This document shows positions 9,679-20,398 of a stretch of 64,000 bases of DNA, in pieces. The DNA comes from an uncultured Pseudomonadales bacterium (GTDB lineage: Bacteria; Patescibacteriota; Microgenomatia; UBA1400; MFAQ01): positions 70,809-134,808 of the forward strand of contig CAZENT010000003.1 of NCBI GenBank assembly GCA_964513845.1, in the 5' to 3' direction. Under the pieces are notes generated by a model. That model was given only the letters and a program-made list of their open reading frames with translations, was not told the origin of the DNA and searched no databases. The stretch's first letter is position 1. Each line of letters opens with the position of its first letter. Both the position numbers and the translations under genes were made by a program.

Positions 9679-10014
9679 ATGAAAGACTTAATTAATTACA
9701 CTGATTTTGAAAAATTAGACATAAGAGCAGGAAAGATCGTGGCGGCTTCAGCACCAGAGTGGAGTGAAAAACTAATCAGATACGAGATAGATTTTGGTGA
9801 AGAGATTGGCAAAAAAGTGCTTTTTAGTGGAATCAGAAAATGGTACACACCAGAGGAGTTGGTGGGAAAAACAATTCCAGTAATCGTCAATATGGAACCA
9901 AAAAAAATGGGAGAAGAGGAAAGTCAGGGAATGGTGATAATGGCAGACGGAGAAGAAGGGGCAAAATTATTATTTTTAGATGAGAGTATTGTTCCTGGCA
10001 CGGTGATAAGATAG
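9679..10014 (+). CDS. tRNA-binding protein (EMAP/Myf-like OB-fold domain, CsaA/Trbp111 family)
   Basis: FEKLDIRAGKIV motif and size are typical of the standalone tRNA-binding domain related to the MetRS C terminus. Confidence 0.7.
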   Translation: MKDLINYTDFEKLDIRAGKIVAASAPEWSEKLIRYEIDFGEEIGKKVLFSGIRKWYTPEELVGKTIPVIVNMEPKKMGEEESQGMVIMADGEEGAKLLFLDESIVPGTVIR

Positions 10015-10027
10015 GAAGACAAAAAAT

Positions 10028-11893
10028 ATGGAAACAAAAAAAGTAGAGTTCAAACTAAATTTAAATTTGCGAAGAATGCTGATCTGGTTTTTGATATTGT
10101 TTTTGTTTGTTCCATACATAGTTAATTTTCTTTTAGGTCAAAGCGGAGCCATGGTCGAGATGCCTTTGTCTTCGGCAATTTCTGATGTTAAAGCGGGAAA
10201 GGTGGAGTCTGTAGAGATTAAAGGAGAAGAATTAATCCTAATTTTTCCAAAAGATGCAGCCGGGAAACAAGTAATTGGTGTTTCTCGAAAAGAAGAGGGA
10301 TCCAGCTTTATGGATCAGTTGCAGAAAGCCGGAATTGACGAAAGCAAAATTAAAGTGACTGTTTCATCCCAAGATTTTAGTAAAGCTTTTTGGAGTATTG
10401 TTTCACTTGTTATTCCAATACTGGGTTTTGGAGTGCTGATGTTTTTCTTGATGCGAAGGCAGGGTGGGGGTGGAGATATGTTTGGAATTGGTAAAAGCAA
10501 AGCGAAACTATTCTCAAAAGGAAAACAAAATGTGAAGTTTAAAGACGTGGCCGGTGTTGACGAGGCAAAAAAAGAGCTGGAAGAAGTGGTCGATTTCTTG
10601 AAAAATCCAAAAAAATATCGAGATTTGGGTGCAAGAACACCCAAGGGTGTGCTTTTGACAGGACCATCCGGTGTAGGTAAAACATTAATGGCCAGAGCGG
10701 TTGCGGGTGAGGCTGGAGTGTCTTTCTTTTCGATGGCAGGATCCGAGTTTATGGAGATGTTGGTGGGTGTGGGTGCAAGCAGAGTGCGAGATTTGTTTGA
10801 TACAGCTAAAAAAGCGGCTCCAGCCATCATATTTATCGATGAAATTGACGCTATTGGTAGAACTCGTGGCGTGGGTGGCGGTATGGGAGGACATGATGAA
10901 CGTGAACAAACACTTAACCAAATATTGGTGGAGATGGATGGTTTTACTCAAACAGATAATGTAATTGTGATTGCAGCAACGAATAGACCTGACGTTTTGG
11001 ATCCGGCTCTAGTTCGCCCGGGAAGATTTGACAGAAGAGTAAATTTGGATTTGCCTGATATTGCTGGTAGAAAATCGATTGTTGAAATTCATCGAAAAGG
11101 AAAACCTTTTGCAAAAAAACTTAACTGGGATAAGGTAGCTGAGAGAACGGTAGGATTTTCCGGAGCTGATCTGGAAAATATGCTTAACGAAGCCGCAATT
11201 TTGGCAGCAAGAGACAATAGAAAAGAAATTTGGATGGTAGATATTGAAGAGGCGGCCATGAAAGTGAAGATGGGACCTGAGCGAAAAAGACTGCAGTCTG
11301 AGCTGGAACGAAAAATGACGGCATATCACGAAGCAGGCCATGCTTTGGTGGGTCATCTCCTTCCCGGAACTGACCCAATTCATCGTTTGAGTATCGTTTC
11401 TCGAGGAATGGCTCTTGGATTTACCATGAGTAGACCTAAAACCGACAAGTATCAGCAAACAAGAACTGAGCTTATGGACGAGATTGCCATGTCTTTGGGT
11501 GGAAGAGCGGCCGAACAGCTAATCTTTAATGAACTAACTGCCGGAGCAGCATCGGATATCGAGAGAGCAACAATGCTGGCTCGACGCATGGTGGTTGATT
11601 TTGGTATGAGTGATCTGGGTCCTGTCGCGATGGGCCAGATGACCGAAATGAATAACTGGGGATATTCATATGGTGAAACAGTAAGACTATCTGAAGCCAC
11701 ACAAGCAAAGGTGGATAATGAGATCAAGAAGCTTGTCGATGATGGTCTGAAGACCGCAGAAAGGGTCTTAATGGGCAACAAGAAGGTTTTAGATAAAATA
11801 GTGACCAGACTTATGAAAGTGGAGACTTTGGAGCAAGAAGAATTTGAAAAAATCGTTGGCAAACCAAAAGCGGTGTTTGTGATTAAAAAATGA
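10028..11893 (+). CDS. ftsH: ATP-dependent zinc metalloprotease FtsH
   Basis: N-terminal TM segments, AAA+ Walker A GPSGVGKT, second region of homology and HEAGHAL zinc motif. Confidence 0.9.
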   Translation: METKKVEFKLNLNLRRMLIWFLILFLFVPYIVNFLLGQSGAMVEMPLSSAISDVKAGKVESVEIKGEELILIFPKDAAGKQVIGVSRKEEGSSFMDQLQKAGIDESKIKVTVSSQDFSKAFWSIVSLVIPILGFGVLMFFLMRRQGGGGDMFGIGKSKAKLFSKGKQNVKFKDVAGVDEAKKELEEVVDFLKNPKKYRDLGARTPKGVLLTGPSGVGKTLMARAVAGEAGVSFFSMAGSEFMEMLVGVGASRVRDLFDTAKKAAPAIIFIDEIDAIGRTRGVGGGMGGHDEREQTLNQILVEMDGFTQTDNVIVIAATNRPDVLDPALVRPGRFDRRVNLDLPDIAGRKSIVEIHRKGKPFAKKLNWDKVAERTVGFSGADLENMLNEAAILAARDNRKEIWMVDIEEAAMKVKMGPERKRLQSELERKMTAYHEAGHALVGHLLPGTDPIHRLSIVSRGMALGFTMSRPKTDKYQQTRTELMDEIAMSLGGRAAEQLIFNELTAGAASDIERATMLARRMVVDFGMSDLGPVAMGQMTEMNNWGYSYGETVRLSEATQAKVDNEIKKLVDDGLKTAERVLMGNKKVLDKIVTRLMKVETLEQEEFEKIVGKPKAVFVIKK

Positions 11894-12810
11894 GGAAACT
11901 GATACTAATTGATGGCAACTCGCTTCTACATCGGGCGTATCACGCCTTTCCTCCAACACTGACAACAGCTAAAGGAGAATTGATAAACGCTGTTTACGGA
12001 TTTTCATCGATGCTTTTGACTATTCTTGAAAAGTTAGGTCCAACTCATGTGGCGGTTGCCTGGGATGTAAAAGGTCCGACTTTTAGAAAGCTGGAGTATG
12101 TAGAGTACAAAGCCCAGCGAGGACCAATGGATGAAGATTTGGCCTCTCAAATTGAGAGAACGAAAGAAGTTGTTTCTGTTTTGAATATTCCACAGTTTGG
12201 AATCGAAGGATATGAAGGAGATGATGTTATTGGAACACTGGCAAGACAAGCCACTGATGAGATATCGGAAAAAGATACTCAAGTGGTAATTGTGACAGCC
12301 GATAGAGATGCGCTTCAATTAATTAAAGAGAAGCAAATTGTGGTTTATTTACCCTTACAAAACAAAGCTTCTCAAGCCGTAGTTTTTGATGAAGACAAGG
12401 TGAAGGAAACTTATGGTTTTGAACCAAAACGAATCGTAGATCTAAAAAGTTTGATGGGTGATTCGTCAGATAATATTCCGGGAGTTAAAGGGGTTGGAAA
12501 GGTTACTGCAACAAAACTAATTTTGGATTTTGGTAGTTTGGATGGTGTATATCAAAATATTGATAGCGACAAAATAACTAAAAGAGTCAGAGAGATGTTG
12601 ATAGCCGAAAAGCAAATGGCTTACCAAAGTTTTAAACTAGCAGAAATTAACAAGGAGGCACCGCTAAATATTAATTGGGAAGATTGTCTCTTGTCGAATT
12701 ATGATAAAAGTAAAGCAGTGGAGTTATTTAAGGAATTAAATTTCAATAGCATTATCGCTCGTTTACCTAAAGATTCTTGGGAGAAAGAAACGGAGGAAAT
12801 ATTTTTATGA
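11890..12810 (+). CDS. 5'-3' exonuclease (standalone DNA polymerase I N-terminal / FEN-like domain)
   Basis: [19 protein letters not shown] start and acidic metal-binding residues. At 306 aa there is no polymerase domain. Confidence 0.8.
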   Translation: MRKLILIDGNSLLHRAYHAFPPTLTTAKGELINAVYGFSSMLLTILEKLGPTHVAVAWDVKGPTFRKLEYVEYKAQRGPMDEDLASQIERTKEVVSVLNIPQFGIEGYEGDDVIGTLARQATDEISEKDTQVVIVTADRDALQLIKEKQIVVYLPLQNKASQAVVFDEDKVKETYGFEPKRIVDLKSLMGDSSDNIPGVKGVGKVTATKLILDFGSLDGVYQNIDSDKITKRVREMLIAEKQMAYQSFKLAEINKEAPLNINWEDCLLSNYDKSKAVELFKELNFNSIIARLPKDSWEKETEEIFL

Positions 12811-13916
12811 AAATTGCTTTAGTTCATGATTTTATAAAAGAGTTTGGCGGAGCAGAGAGAGTGCTTCGGGTTTTGGCTGATATGTATCCTAACGCTCCGA
12901 TTTATACCGCTTTTAGAGTAAACGGATCAAGTTGTGACAGAAAATTTGCTGATAGAAAAATCATCGAAAGTAAATTTGGGTGGCTGATTAAACATGGAAA
13001 TCTTTATAGCCCGTTGCGGTTTTTAGTGCCTTGGATCTGGAAGTCGATTGATCTTTCCGATTATGATTTGGTGATTACTTCTTGTTCATCATATTTTGCT
13101 CGTGGATTTAAAGTAAGTTCAAAAACAAAAGTCATTGCTTATTGTCATACGCCTCCAAGATTTTTGTATGGATATGAAATGAGTATCAATTTGATGAAGT
13201 ACTGGATTGTGCGTGTGTACGCTACGATTGTAAATCACTATTTGCGAATCTTTGATTTGTGGTCTTCGGAGCGAGTAAACAAATGGTTGGTAAATTCTAA
13301 AAACGTACAACAAAGAGTGTGGAAATATTATCGTAAAGAAGCAACTGTGATTTATCCTCCCGTAGAAGTGGAAAAGATGATTGAAGCCAGTAAAAATATT
13401 AAAAAACAGAATTACTTTTTTATTGTGTCGAGACTCGTGGGCGCAAAGGGTTTGGTTGAGGCGGCACAGGCGGCAAACCATTTGGGCTTTCCTTTGAAAA
13501 TAGCAGGCGAGTCCGTGGGCTTTTCGCAAGTAGAAAATCAGCTAAAAGAAATTGAAGGTGTTGAGTTGCTTGGTTCGGTTGATGACAAAACATTGTGGAA
13601 ACTATATGCCGGAGCGAAGGGGTTTTTTGCCCTTGCTAAAGAAGAAGATTTTGGAATGACACCAGTTGAGTCAATGGCAGCAGGAACGCCAGTAATTGCT
13701 TTTTATGGGGGAGGTTTTAAGGAAACGGTGATTGAAGGAGAGACCGGTGTGTTTGTAAAAGGAACAGACGTAAACTCTTTGGAGGAGGCTATGGAGCGCT
13801 TTAATAAAGTAAAGTGGAGCAGAGAAAAACTTATTGACAGAGCAAGGCAGTTCTCAAAAGAAAAATTTATCAGAAATATCAAAAACGAAGTGGAGAAAAT
13901 ATATGAAAGTAAATAA
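12807..13916 (+). CDS. glycosyltransferase family 4 (GT-B fold)
   Basis: C-terminal EDFGMTPVESMAAGTPVIA motif typical of GT1/GT4 enzymes. Start moved to MKIALVHD. Confidence 0.7.
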   Translation: MKIALVHDFIKEFGGAERVLRVLADMYPNAPIYTAFRVNGSSCDRKFADRKIIESKFGWLIKHGNLYSPLRFLVPWIWKSIDLSDYDLVITSCSSYFARGFKVSSKTKVIAYCHTPPRFLYGYEMSINLMKYWIVRVYATIVNHYLRIFDLWSSERVNKWLVNSKNVQQRVWKYYRKEATVIYPPVEVEKMIEASKNIKKQNYFFIVSRLVGAKGLVEAAQAANHLGFPLKIAGESVGFSQVENQLKEIEGVELLGSVDDKTLWKLYAGAKGFFALAKEEDFGMTPVESMAAGTPVIAFYGGGFKETVIEGETGVFVKGTDVNSLEEAMERFNKVKWSREKLIDRARQFSKEKFIRNIKNEVEKIYESK

Positions 13917-14460
13917 TTCTTTAAAGGTTTTGTTTTCGATTAATTCGATATTTGTTTTTGCTAGTCAGCTTTTGGGACCGCTTTTTGCGGTATATGTAAT
14001 GAAAATAGATGGCGGAGTGATGTTAATTAGTTTGGCAACTTCAACCCAACTATTATCATCAACTTTGTTTTTGACTCTTGTGTCGAAATGGGGAATAAAT
14101 GTAAAAGAGAGAGAATATTTGTTGGCGGGAGGATATCTATTAAGAGCCTTTGGTTGGCTAGGGTATATTTTTATTACAACGCCTGTGGGTTTGGTTTTGT
14201 TACAACTAGTTTTTGGACTGGGAGAGGCACTAGGAACACCCTCGTTTAACGCTATCTTTGCTGAACATGTTAGTAAAGAAAACGATGTTTCGATGTATGC
14301 TGATTGGTCGGTGATTTCAAACTTAATTATGGCACTCGGAACGATTCTAGGTGGATTGCTGGTAACTGTGTGGGGGTTTGAAGTGTTGTTTGGAATTATG
14401 TCTGCGATGGCGCTAATATCTTTTGCCGCAGTGCTGACTTTACCAAGAAAAATTTTATAA
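13903..14460 (+). CDS. small multi-pass membrane protein (MFS-like half transporter?)
   Basis: Six predicted hydrophobic helices and no catalytic motifs. Confidence 0.35.
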   Translation: MKVNNSLKVLFSINSIFVFASQLLGPLFAVYVMKIDGGVMLISLATSTQLLSSTLFLTLVSKWGINVKEREYLLAGGYLLRAFGWLGYIFITTPVGLVLLQLVFGLGEALGTPSFNAIFAEHVSKENDVSMYADWSVISNLIMALGTILGGLLVTVWGFEVLFGIMSAMALISFAAVLTLPRKIL

Positions 14461-15308
14461 TGCCTGAATTACCGGAAGTAGAAACGATTCGAAGACAATT
14501 GGAGGAAGTGTTGGTTGGTAAAAAAATTGAAAGAGTTGAAGTGCTAAGACAAAAAAGTTTTGGAGGAGATGAAAATATGCTCATTGGCTGGGAAATTGAA
14601 AGGGTGGATAGAAAATCTAAAATAATTGAGATCTATTTCAAGAATCAAGTTGAGCTATTGATAGTTCATCTTAAAATGACAGGACAGCTGGTGTTTGTGG
14701 GTGATAAAAAGCGCATTGTGGGTGGACATCCAACTGCAGACTGGGTAAACAATCTTCCAAGTAAACATACAAGAGTGAAAGTAAGTTACAGTGATGGTTC
14801 AAAATTGTTTTTCAATGACATGAGAGTGTTTGGCTGGATGAGATTAGTGAAAAAACAAGAATATGAAAACGGAACAAGGAAGACTTCTCCAGATGTTACA
14901 GAAAAAGAGTTTTCATTGGAGTATTTGTCTGATGTTTTGAAGAAATCCGGTAGAGCTATAAAACTGGTATTGATGGATCAAGATAAAATTGGAGGAATAG
15001 GTAATATTTACGCGAACGATGCTCTTTACTTGGCTAAAGTGATGCCTAATAGAAAAGCTAACAGTTTGAACAGTAAGGAAGTAGAAAATTTGCTGGCTGC
15101 AACAAGAGAAGTAATAAATAAAGGAATTAAATATGGAGGTGCAAGTGCGGCAAACTATGTGGATACGAGAGGTTTGGGGGGAACATATCAAGATCACTTT
15201 TTGGTTTATAAAAAAGATGGACAAGTTTGTAATAAATGTAAGGGGAAAATATTGAAAATGAAGATTGGGGGCAGGGGGACTTTTTATTGCCCGAAATGCC
15301 AGAAGTAA
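14460..15308 (+). CDS. mutM: formamidopyrimidine-DNA glycosylase (Fpg/MutM family)
   Basis: MPELPEVE N terminus, H2TH region and a C-terminal CxxC...CxxC zinc finger. Confidence 0.85.
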   Translation: MPELPEVETIRRQLEEVLVGKKIERVEVLRQKSFGGDENMLIGWEIERVDRKSKIIEIYFKNQVELLIVHLKMTGQLVFVGDKKRIVGGHPTADWVNNLPSKHTRVKVSYSDGSKLFFNDMRVFGWMRLVKKQEYENGTRKTSPDVTEKEFSLEYLSDVLKKSGRAIKLVLMDQDKIGGIGNIYANDALYLAKVMPNRKANSLNSKEVENLLAATREVINKGIKYGGASAANYVDTRGLGGTYQDHFLVYKKDGQVCNKCKGKILKMKIGGRGTFYCPKCQK

Positions 15309-15332
15309 ACGGAGGTACGGTACAATAAGTGC

Positions 15333-16385
15333 GTGGCCTTGAGAAATATTACTTTATCCGATTTTCGAAACTATGAGAATAAAACGTTCGAGTTTTCTGA
15401 TGGAGTGACGGTAATCGCTGGAGAAAACGCGAAGGGGAAAACGAATATTTTAGAAGCGATTTATTTGTTGGGAGTTGGTGAGAGTTTTCGAGCAAAAAGA
15501 ACTGAAGAGATGGTTCGATTTGAACAAGAAATAGGCAGAGTATCAGGAGAGGTGCCTTTGTCAAAGAAGGATAGTATTACTTTGGAAGTGGTGGTGAATA
15601 GTGGGGTGGTGATGGGAAAAGTGGTGAATAAAAGAAAGTATTTGGTCGATGGGGTGGTCAGAAGAAGAAAAGATATTTTAGGATATTTACCCCTGGTGTT
15701 GTTTCGACCGGAAGATGTGGAATTGATTAGTGGATCACCTGATGTGCGACGGAAATTTTTGGATAGATTGATGATTCAAGTCGACAAAGAGTATGAACAT
15801 AGCTTGAGTACTTACGAACAAGCTCTCAGAAGAAGAAATAGAGTTCTCGACGCAGTGAGAGATGGAACCGCAAGTAGATATTCTTTGACATTTTGGGACG
15901 GATTACTGATTAAACATGGACAGGTGATACAGGAAAAGCGACGAGAACTAATAGACTATATAAATAATTTATTTGAAAAGAGCGAGTTGTTCAATAAACT
16001 GAAAATAGTTTATGACATAAGTGTGATTAGCGAGTCCAGACTGGCGCAGTATGCAGGGGCAGAGGTGTCTGTGGGCTACACTTTGGTAGGGCCACATAAA
16101 GATGATTTGATAATCAAAGAAGAAACTCGAGATTTGCTAACCTATGGCTCAAGGGGAGAGCAAAGAATGGCGGTTTTGGCTTTGAAAATGGGAGAGATAT
16201 ATTATCTTGAAGAAAAGGGAAAGAAAAAGGCGACACTGCTATTAGATGATATTTTTTCTGAACTGGATGACACTCACAAGCAAGAGGTATTGAGGGTAAT
16301 GTCCGGAAGACAAGTAATTGTGACGACGGCCGATGAAGAAGATCTGGAGATGTTTAAGAAGGCAGAGATAATTAAGCTTAGTTAG
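15333..16385 (+). CDS. recF: DNA replication and repair protein RecF
   Basis: GTG start, Walker A GENAKGKTNILEAI and an SMC-like signature and Walker B near the C terminus (LLLDDIFSELD). Confidence 0.85.
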   Translation: MALRNITLSDFRNYENKTFEFSDGVTVIAGENAKGKTNILEAIYLLGVGESFRAKRTEEMVRFEQEIGRVSGEVPLSKKDSITLEVVVNSGVVMGKVVNKRKYLVDGVVRRRKDILGYLPLVLFRPEDVELISGSPDVRRKFLDRLMIQVDKEYEHSLSTYEQALRRRNRVLDAVRDGTASRYSLTFWDGLLIKHGQVIQEKRRELIDYINNLFEKSELFNKLKIVYDISVISESRLAQYAGAEVSVGYTLVGPHKDDLIIKEETRDLLTYGSRGEQRMAVLALKMGEIYYLEEKGKKKATLLLDDIFSELDDTHKQEVLRVMSGRQVIVTTADEEDLEMFKKAEIIKLS

Positions 16386-16395
16386 AACCAAAATA

Positions 16396-17289
16396 TTGTC
16401 TGTCGCTTGTATACTGATAGTCATGGATGTGAAGAAGTTTGATCAACATAGTTTTGCCGAGTGTAAGACATTCAAAAGTATTGGTGATAAGTATTCTGCC
16501 GGACAAATTACAATAATTGGTGGGAGCAAGTTGTTTCACGGAGCTCCAATTTTGGCTCTGAAAGCGGCCTCGAGAATGGTGAGTATGACTTATTTTTCCA
16601 GCCCGATGGAGGACAAGTATGTGGTGGAAAGAATCAAGTCGTCTTTGTCTAGTTTTGTGTGGGTAGATAGAGAAGATGTTGGAGTGTATGTAGCCAAGTC
16701 GGATGCTGTATTAATTGGCCCCGGCTTGATGAGAAGTCATGTAAAAAACATGGAGTTTGCATGTGATTCCGAAGGAGATGAAACGAGAAAAATGAGTATA
16801 GAGTTATTTAAAAAATATCCCGAAAAAAAATGGGTGATTGACGGAGGAACTTTGCAGGTTGTAAAGATTGAGGATATTCCCAAAGGAGCAGTAGTAACAC
16901 CAAATAGAAAAGAGTTTGAAATGATGTTTGGTGAAAAACTGAAAGACAATTTTTTGGATCGGTGTCAGCAAGTTATGGATTTGGCAAAGAAGCATGAGAT
17001 TGTTTTGTTGACGAAAGATGATGTTTCGATTGCCAGTGATGGAATGGAGGTTTGGGCGATAGAGGGTGGAAATAAAGGGTTGGTTAAGGGTGGGGTTGGA
17101 GATGTAATTGCCGGGCTTACGGTGGGATTGATGGCTAAAAATTCGCCTTTGTTTTCGGTGTGCGCCGCTTCATATTTGTCAAAAAAGGCGGCAGAGAAAC
17201 TGACTGAAAAACGAGGCTTTATGTTTAATTCCGATGATCTGGTGGAAATGGTGCCAAAAATCTTTGGTGATATGACTGGTGGGTTGTGA
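16396..17289 (+). CDS. nnrD: ADP-dependent NAD(P)H-hydrate dehydratase (YjeF C-terminal / carbohydrate-kinase-like)
   Basis: IIGGSKLFHGAPILA, LTKDDVSIASDG and GGVGDVIAGLTVGLMAK motifs characteristic of the YjeF_C family. The true start may be the internal MDVKK. Confidence 0.6.
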   Translation: MSVACILIVMDVKKFDQHSFAECKTFKSIGDKYSAGQITIIGGSKLFHGAPILALKAASRMVSMTYFSSPMEDKYVVERIKSSLSSFVWVDREDVGVYVAKSDAVLIGPGLMRSHVKNMEFACDSEGDETRKMSIELFKKYPEKKWVIDGGTLQVVKIEDIPKGAVVTPNRKEFEMMFGEKLKDNFLDRCQQVMDLAKKHEIVLLTKDDVSIASDGMEVWAIEGGNKGLVKGGVGDVIAGLTVGLMAKNSPLFSVCAASYLSKKAAEKLTEKRGFMFNSDDLVEMVPKIFGDMTGGL

Positions 17290-17318
17290 TTTACCGCAAA
17301 TGATGCGAAAATAATGGG

Positions 17319-18419
17319 GTGTTTAGTCCACGTTTTGTAATTACCAACAAGATTCTTAATAATCTAATTGAGCTCGAAAGGGCGATGTTGGTGGTTGATT
17401 TGGCGACATTACAACCAGAGTGGGAGACAAAACTTAAACTTGAGTGTCTAACAAGAAGGGCATACAGCGTATTGCATTTTTTGGGAGCCTCCCTGGACAT
17501 CGACGATGTGGCAAAAATTGTAAAGGATGATCCCGAGAGAGATGTAAAACCTACTCAACTAGCATTAAGAACTGGAGTTGTGGCAAAAGAAAAAGATGTA
17601 CAGAGAGCGATTAACTGGCTAAATGCCAACAAACTGGTCAACCAAACTGCATATTTGTCCAACAAGTTCAAACAAGAAATATTCGGAGAAAAAGATTTAA
17701 TTACTTTGAATTCTCTCATAGGTGAACGAGTGGTAAACACTGCGTCTTTGGGAGGATATCGAGAGACATCAAATCTGGAGTACCCGGAGATAAAGTCGCC
17801 TCCATCTGTGGAGGTTAAATACCAGATGGAAGATTTGTACTCATGGTTTAAGGGTGCTTCAAAGCTAGATATCCACCCAATAATCAAAGCCACAATAATG
17901 ATGGTTGAGATTTTGAGAATTCGGCCATTTGAAGAGAATAATTTATGCACTTCGTTGTCATTTACTAGTCTGGTGCTAACAAGTGAGGGTTATGGTATGA
18001 AAGAGCTGTGCTCGTTTGAAGAGGATTTGCTAAAAAATAGACCAAGAATAATTGAAATTTATGGAATAACTGTGGACAGCGGAGATCTTACCGGATGGTT
18101 GGAGTTTGTGACAAAGATGTTTGCTGATGCGGCAGAAAAAACTAGAGTGAAGATAATGAATTTGGTGGGTGATAGGCCTATCTTTAAATCTGAGGGGGGT
18201 AAGGTAATTTCTCTTTCTGAAAGACAGATAACCATCATGGAAGAGATGACGATTCAAGGCGAAATGACCATAAAGGAAATTAGAGAAATATTACCGATGG
18301 TTTCGGATGATACGATTTTGAGGGATTTGAAGGATTTGATTTTGAAGAAACTTTTGAGAAAGAAGGGTAAGACAAAAGGGGCGGTGTATGTATTGGGGAA
18401 GGTGAAGGGGTTTAAGTAA
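17319..18419 (+). CDS. Fic/DOC-like protein with degenerate active-site motif and C-terminal winged helix
   Basis: IRPFEENNLCTS lines up with the Fic HPFx(D/E)GNGR motif but has lost the His and Gly residues. The C-terminal ~60 aa look like a winged HTH. Confidence 0.3.
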   Translation: MFSPRFVITNKILNNLIELERAMLVVDLATLQPEWETKLKLECLTRRAYSVLHFLGASLDIDDVAKIVKDDPERDVKPTQLALRTGVVAKEKDVQRAINWLNANKLVNQTAYLSNKFKQEIFGEKDLITLNSLIGERVVNTASLGGYRETSNLEYPEIKSPPSVEVKYQMEDLYSWFKGASKLDIHPIIKATIMMVEILRIRPFEENNLCTSLSFTSLVLTSEGYGMKELCSFEEDLLKNRPRIIEIYGITVDSGDLTGWLEFVTKMFADAAEKTRVKIMNLVGDRPIFKSEGGKVISLSERQITIMEEMTIQGEMTIKEIREILPMVSDDTILRDLKDLILKKLLRKKGKTKGAVYVLGKVKGFK

Positions 18420-18430
18420 AAAGAAAAATA

Positions 18431-18613
18431 TTTCTCCTTTTCCTCTTTTGTCACTTAGTATTTTATGACGTCGCCAGTAGCGACCGTCGGTTCCTATTTT
18501 CTTGATTCTCGTCCGCTCATCGCGTAGACTCGCAGACAGTAGTCTGACATCAAGAAAATTACGGACGTGCGACTCATTGTCATAAAAACTAATTGCCAAA
18601 CGGAAAGAGAAAT
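18431..18613 (+). repeat. intergenic palindromic repeat, family A copy 1 (MITE/REP-like, nested inverted repeats)
   Basis: About 90% identical to the copies at 21047-21229 and 35215-35394. Terminal inverted repeats (ttgtcacttagtattttatgac / gtcataaaaactaa) enclose nested hairpins gtcgc-N4-5-gcgac, ttttcttgat/atcaagaaaa and cagac-agta-gtctg. Confidence 0.8.
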
Positions 18614-18677
18614 GTGAAACTTATTACGGTCTGTTAAACAGCACTCCGAATGAGTGTGTGTGAGTTACAATTGACTC

Positions 18678-20387
18678 ATGCTATTTAAGGAATTTTCTCA
18701 GTATTTGGAAAAGTTGGAAAAGATTTCGTCGAGGCTTTTGATTACTGATGTTTTGGCTGAGTTGATCGAAAAAATGGAGGTTAAGGAAACTAGCAAGGGA
18801 ATATATTTGGTTTTGGGACAGCTGGGTCCTGACTTTGCCAATCAAGAGTTTGGAATGGCTGTAAAAATGGTGATCAGAGCCATTGCTATAGCCACAGAAA
18901 GACCAATTGAAGAAATTACAAAAGCGTACAAGCAAAAAGGTGATTTGGGCCTTCTTTTGGAAGATTTACCTTTTGAAAATGAAAAAAGTGTAAGCCATAG
19001 TTTGAGTGAAATATACGAATATTTATTAGCCCTTGCTCAAGATGGAGGTGCCGGAAGTCAGGATAGAAAGGTAAATAAACTGGCCGAGATGTTTTTGGAA
19101 GTGAGCGCAACAGAGCGAAAATATATTTCGAGAATGGTGGTGGGGAGGTTAAGACTTGGTTTTTCGGCCAAAACGATATTCGACGCTTTATCTCAAATGG
19201 AAAGTGGAAATAAAACCTTGCGTAAAGAACTCGATTCGGTGTTCCAAATTTATCCCGATCCGGGACACATTACAACAGTGGTAAAGGAAAAAGGAATGGC
19301 AGGGCTTGCTGATATTAAGGTTGAGGTGGGAGTGCCTGTGGTACCCGCTCTGTGCCAAAGACTCAACGAGTATGATGAAATCGTAAAGAAGATGAGAGAT
19401 CTTGCGGTTGAGAGAAAATTCGATGGAACTCGTCTGCAAATTCACTTTAATAGACTAAAGAACGAGGTAAAGACATTTACTAGAAACTTGGAAGAAAACA
19501 GCTGGATGTTTCCTGAGCTTTTGGAGATGGGAAAGTGGACAAAAGCAGATAAGTTAATTATGGATTGTGAAGCGGTTGGTTATGATAAGGCAACGCAGAA
19601 AGTGGTTCCCTTTCAACTAACCATGACGCGAAAGCGAAAACATAATATTGGAAATGCGGCGGAGGCGGTGCCGATTAGATTTTTTACCTTTGATATTTTA
19701 AGTTTGGATGGAGAGAGTTTGATCGATAAACCATATTTTGAAAGAAGAGAACTGCTGACTAAAGCAATACTGCCAAATGATGTGATTGTAGTTGATGAGT
19801 ACGTTCGTGTGGATGAGCCAAGTGAAGTAATGAAGTTTCACAGACAGTACTTGGCTGAGGGTTATGAGGGAGCCGTGATGAAAGTGTGGAATGGCAAGTA
19901 TTTGCCTGGTAGACAAGGTTGGAACTGGGTAAAAATAAAAGAGGTTGAGGGTACTTCAGGAAAACTTTCTGACACTTTGGACCTTGTTGTTTTGGGATAT
20001 TACTATGGACGAGGAAAAAGAGCCGGGTTTGGAATTGGAGCATTTTTGGTCGGACTTAAAAAAGGTGAGTCTTGGGTATCGATTGCGAAAATTGGAACGG
20101 GCTTAACAGATGATGAGTTTAGAAGTTTAAAGAAGAACCTCGAGGAGCTGGAGCTTAAAGGAAAACCAGAAAATTACATGGTGGAGGGGACTTTGTTGGC
20201 TGATGTCTGGGTATCTCCCAAAATTGTAGTTGAGGTGGCCGCGGATGAGGTTACCGTAAGTAGTGTTCATGCCGGAGGAATCGCCCTTCGTTTCCCTCGC
20301 CTTGTGAGATTCCGAGAAGACAAAGGTGCAGATCAATCGACAACCTGGAAAGAAGTAGAAGAGATAGCGAAAATCTCTAAAGTATAA
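18678..20387 (+). CDS. ATP-dependent DNA ligase (archaeal/eukaryotic Lig-type)
   Basis: KFDGTRLQIH adenylation motif I (KxDG), later nucleotidyltransferase motifs and an OB-fold tail, at 569 aa. Confidence 0.85.
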   Translation: MLFKEFSQYLEKLEKISSRLLITDVLAELIEKMEVKETSKGIYLVLGQLGPDFANQEFGMAVKMVIRAIAIATERPIEEITKAYKQKGDLGLLLEDLPFENEKSVSHSLSEIYEYLLALAQDGGAGSQDRKVNKLAEMFLEVSATERKYISRMVVGRLRLGFSAKTIFDALSQMESGNKTLRKELDSVFQIYPDPGHITTVVKEKGMAGLADIKVEVGVPVVPALCQRLNEYDEIVKKMRDLAVERKFDGTRLQIHFNRLKNEVKTFTRNLEENSWMFPELLEMGKWTKADKLIMDCEAVGYDKATQKVVPFQLTMTRKRKHNIGNAAEAVPIRFFTFDILSLDGESLIDKPYFERRELLTKAILPNDVIVVDEYVRVDEPSEVMKFHRQYLAEGYEGAVMKVWNGKYLPGRQGWNWVKIKEVEGTSGKLSDTLDLVVLGYYYGRGKRAGFGIGAFLVGLKKGESWVSIAKIGTGLTDDEFRSLKKNLEELELKGKPENYMVEGTLLADVWVSPKIVVEVAADEVTVSSVHAGGIALRFPRLVRFREDKGADQSTTWKEVEEIAKISKV

Positions 20388-20398
20388 GGTATGATTTA

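Noticed and set aside
10315-10830. 171-aa minus-strand ORF inside ftsH (and the many 60-180-aa antisense ORFs inside the aaRS, nrdJ, ligase and leuS genes)
   Set aside because: These are shadow ORFs opposite well-supported conserved genes, with no motifs or start-site context.
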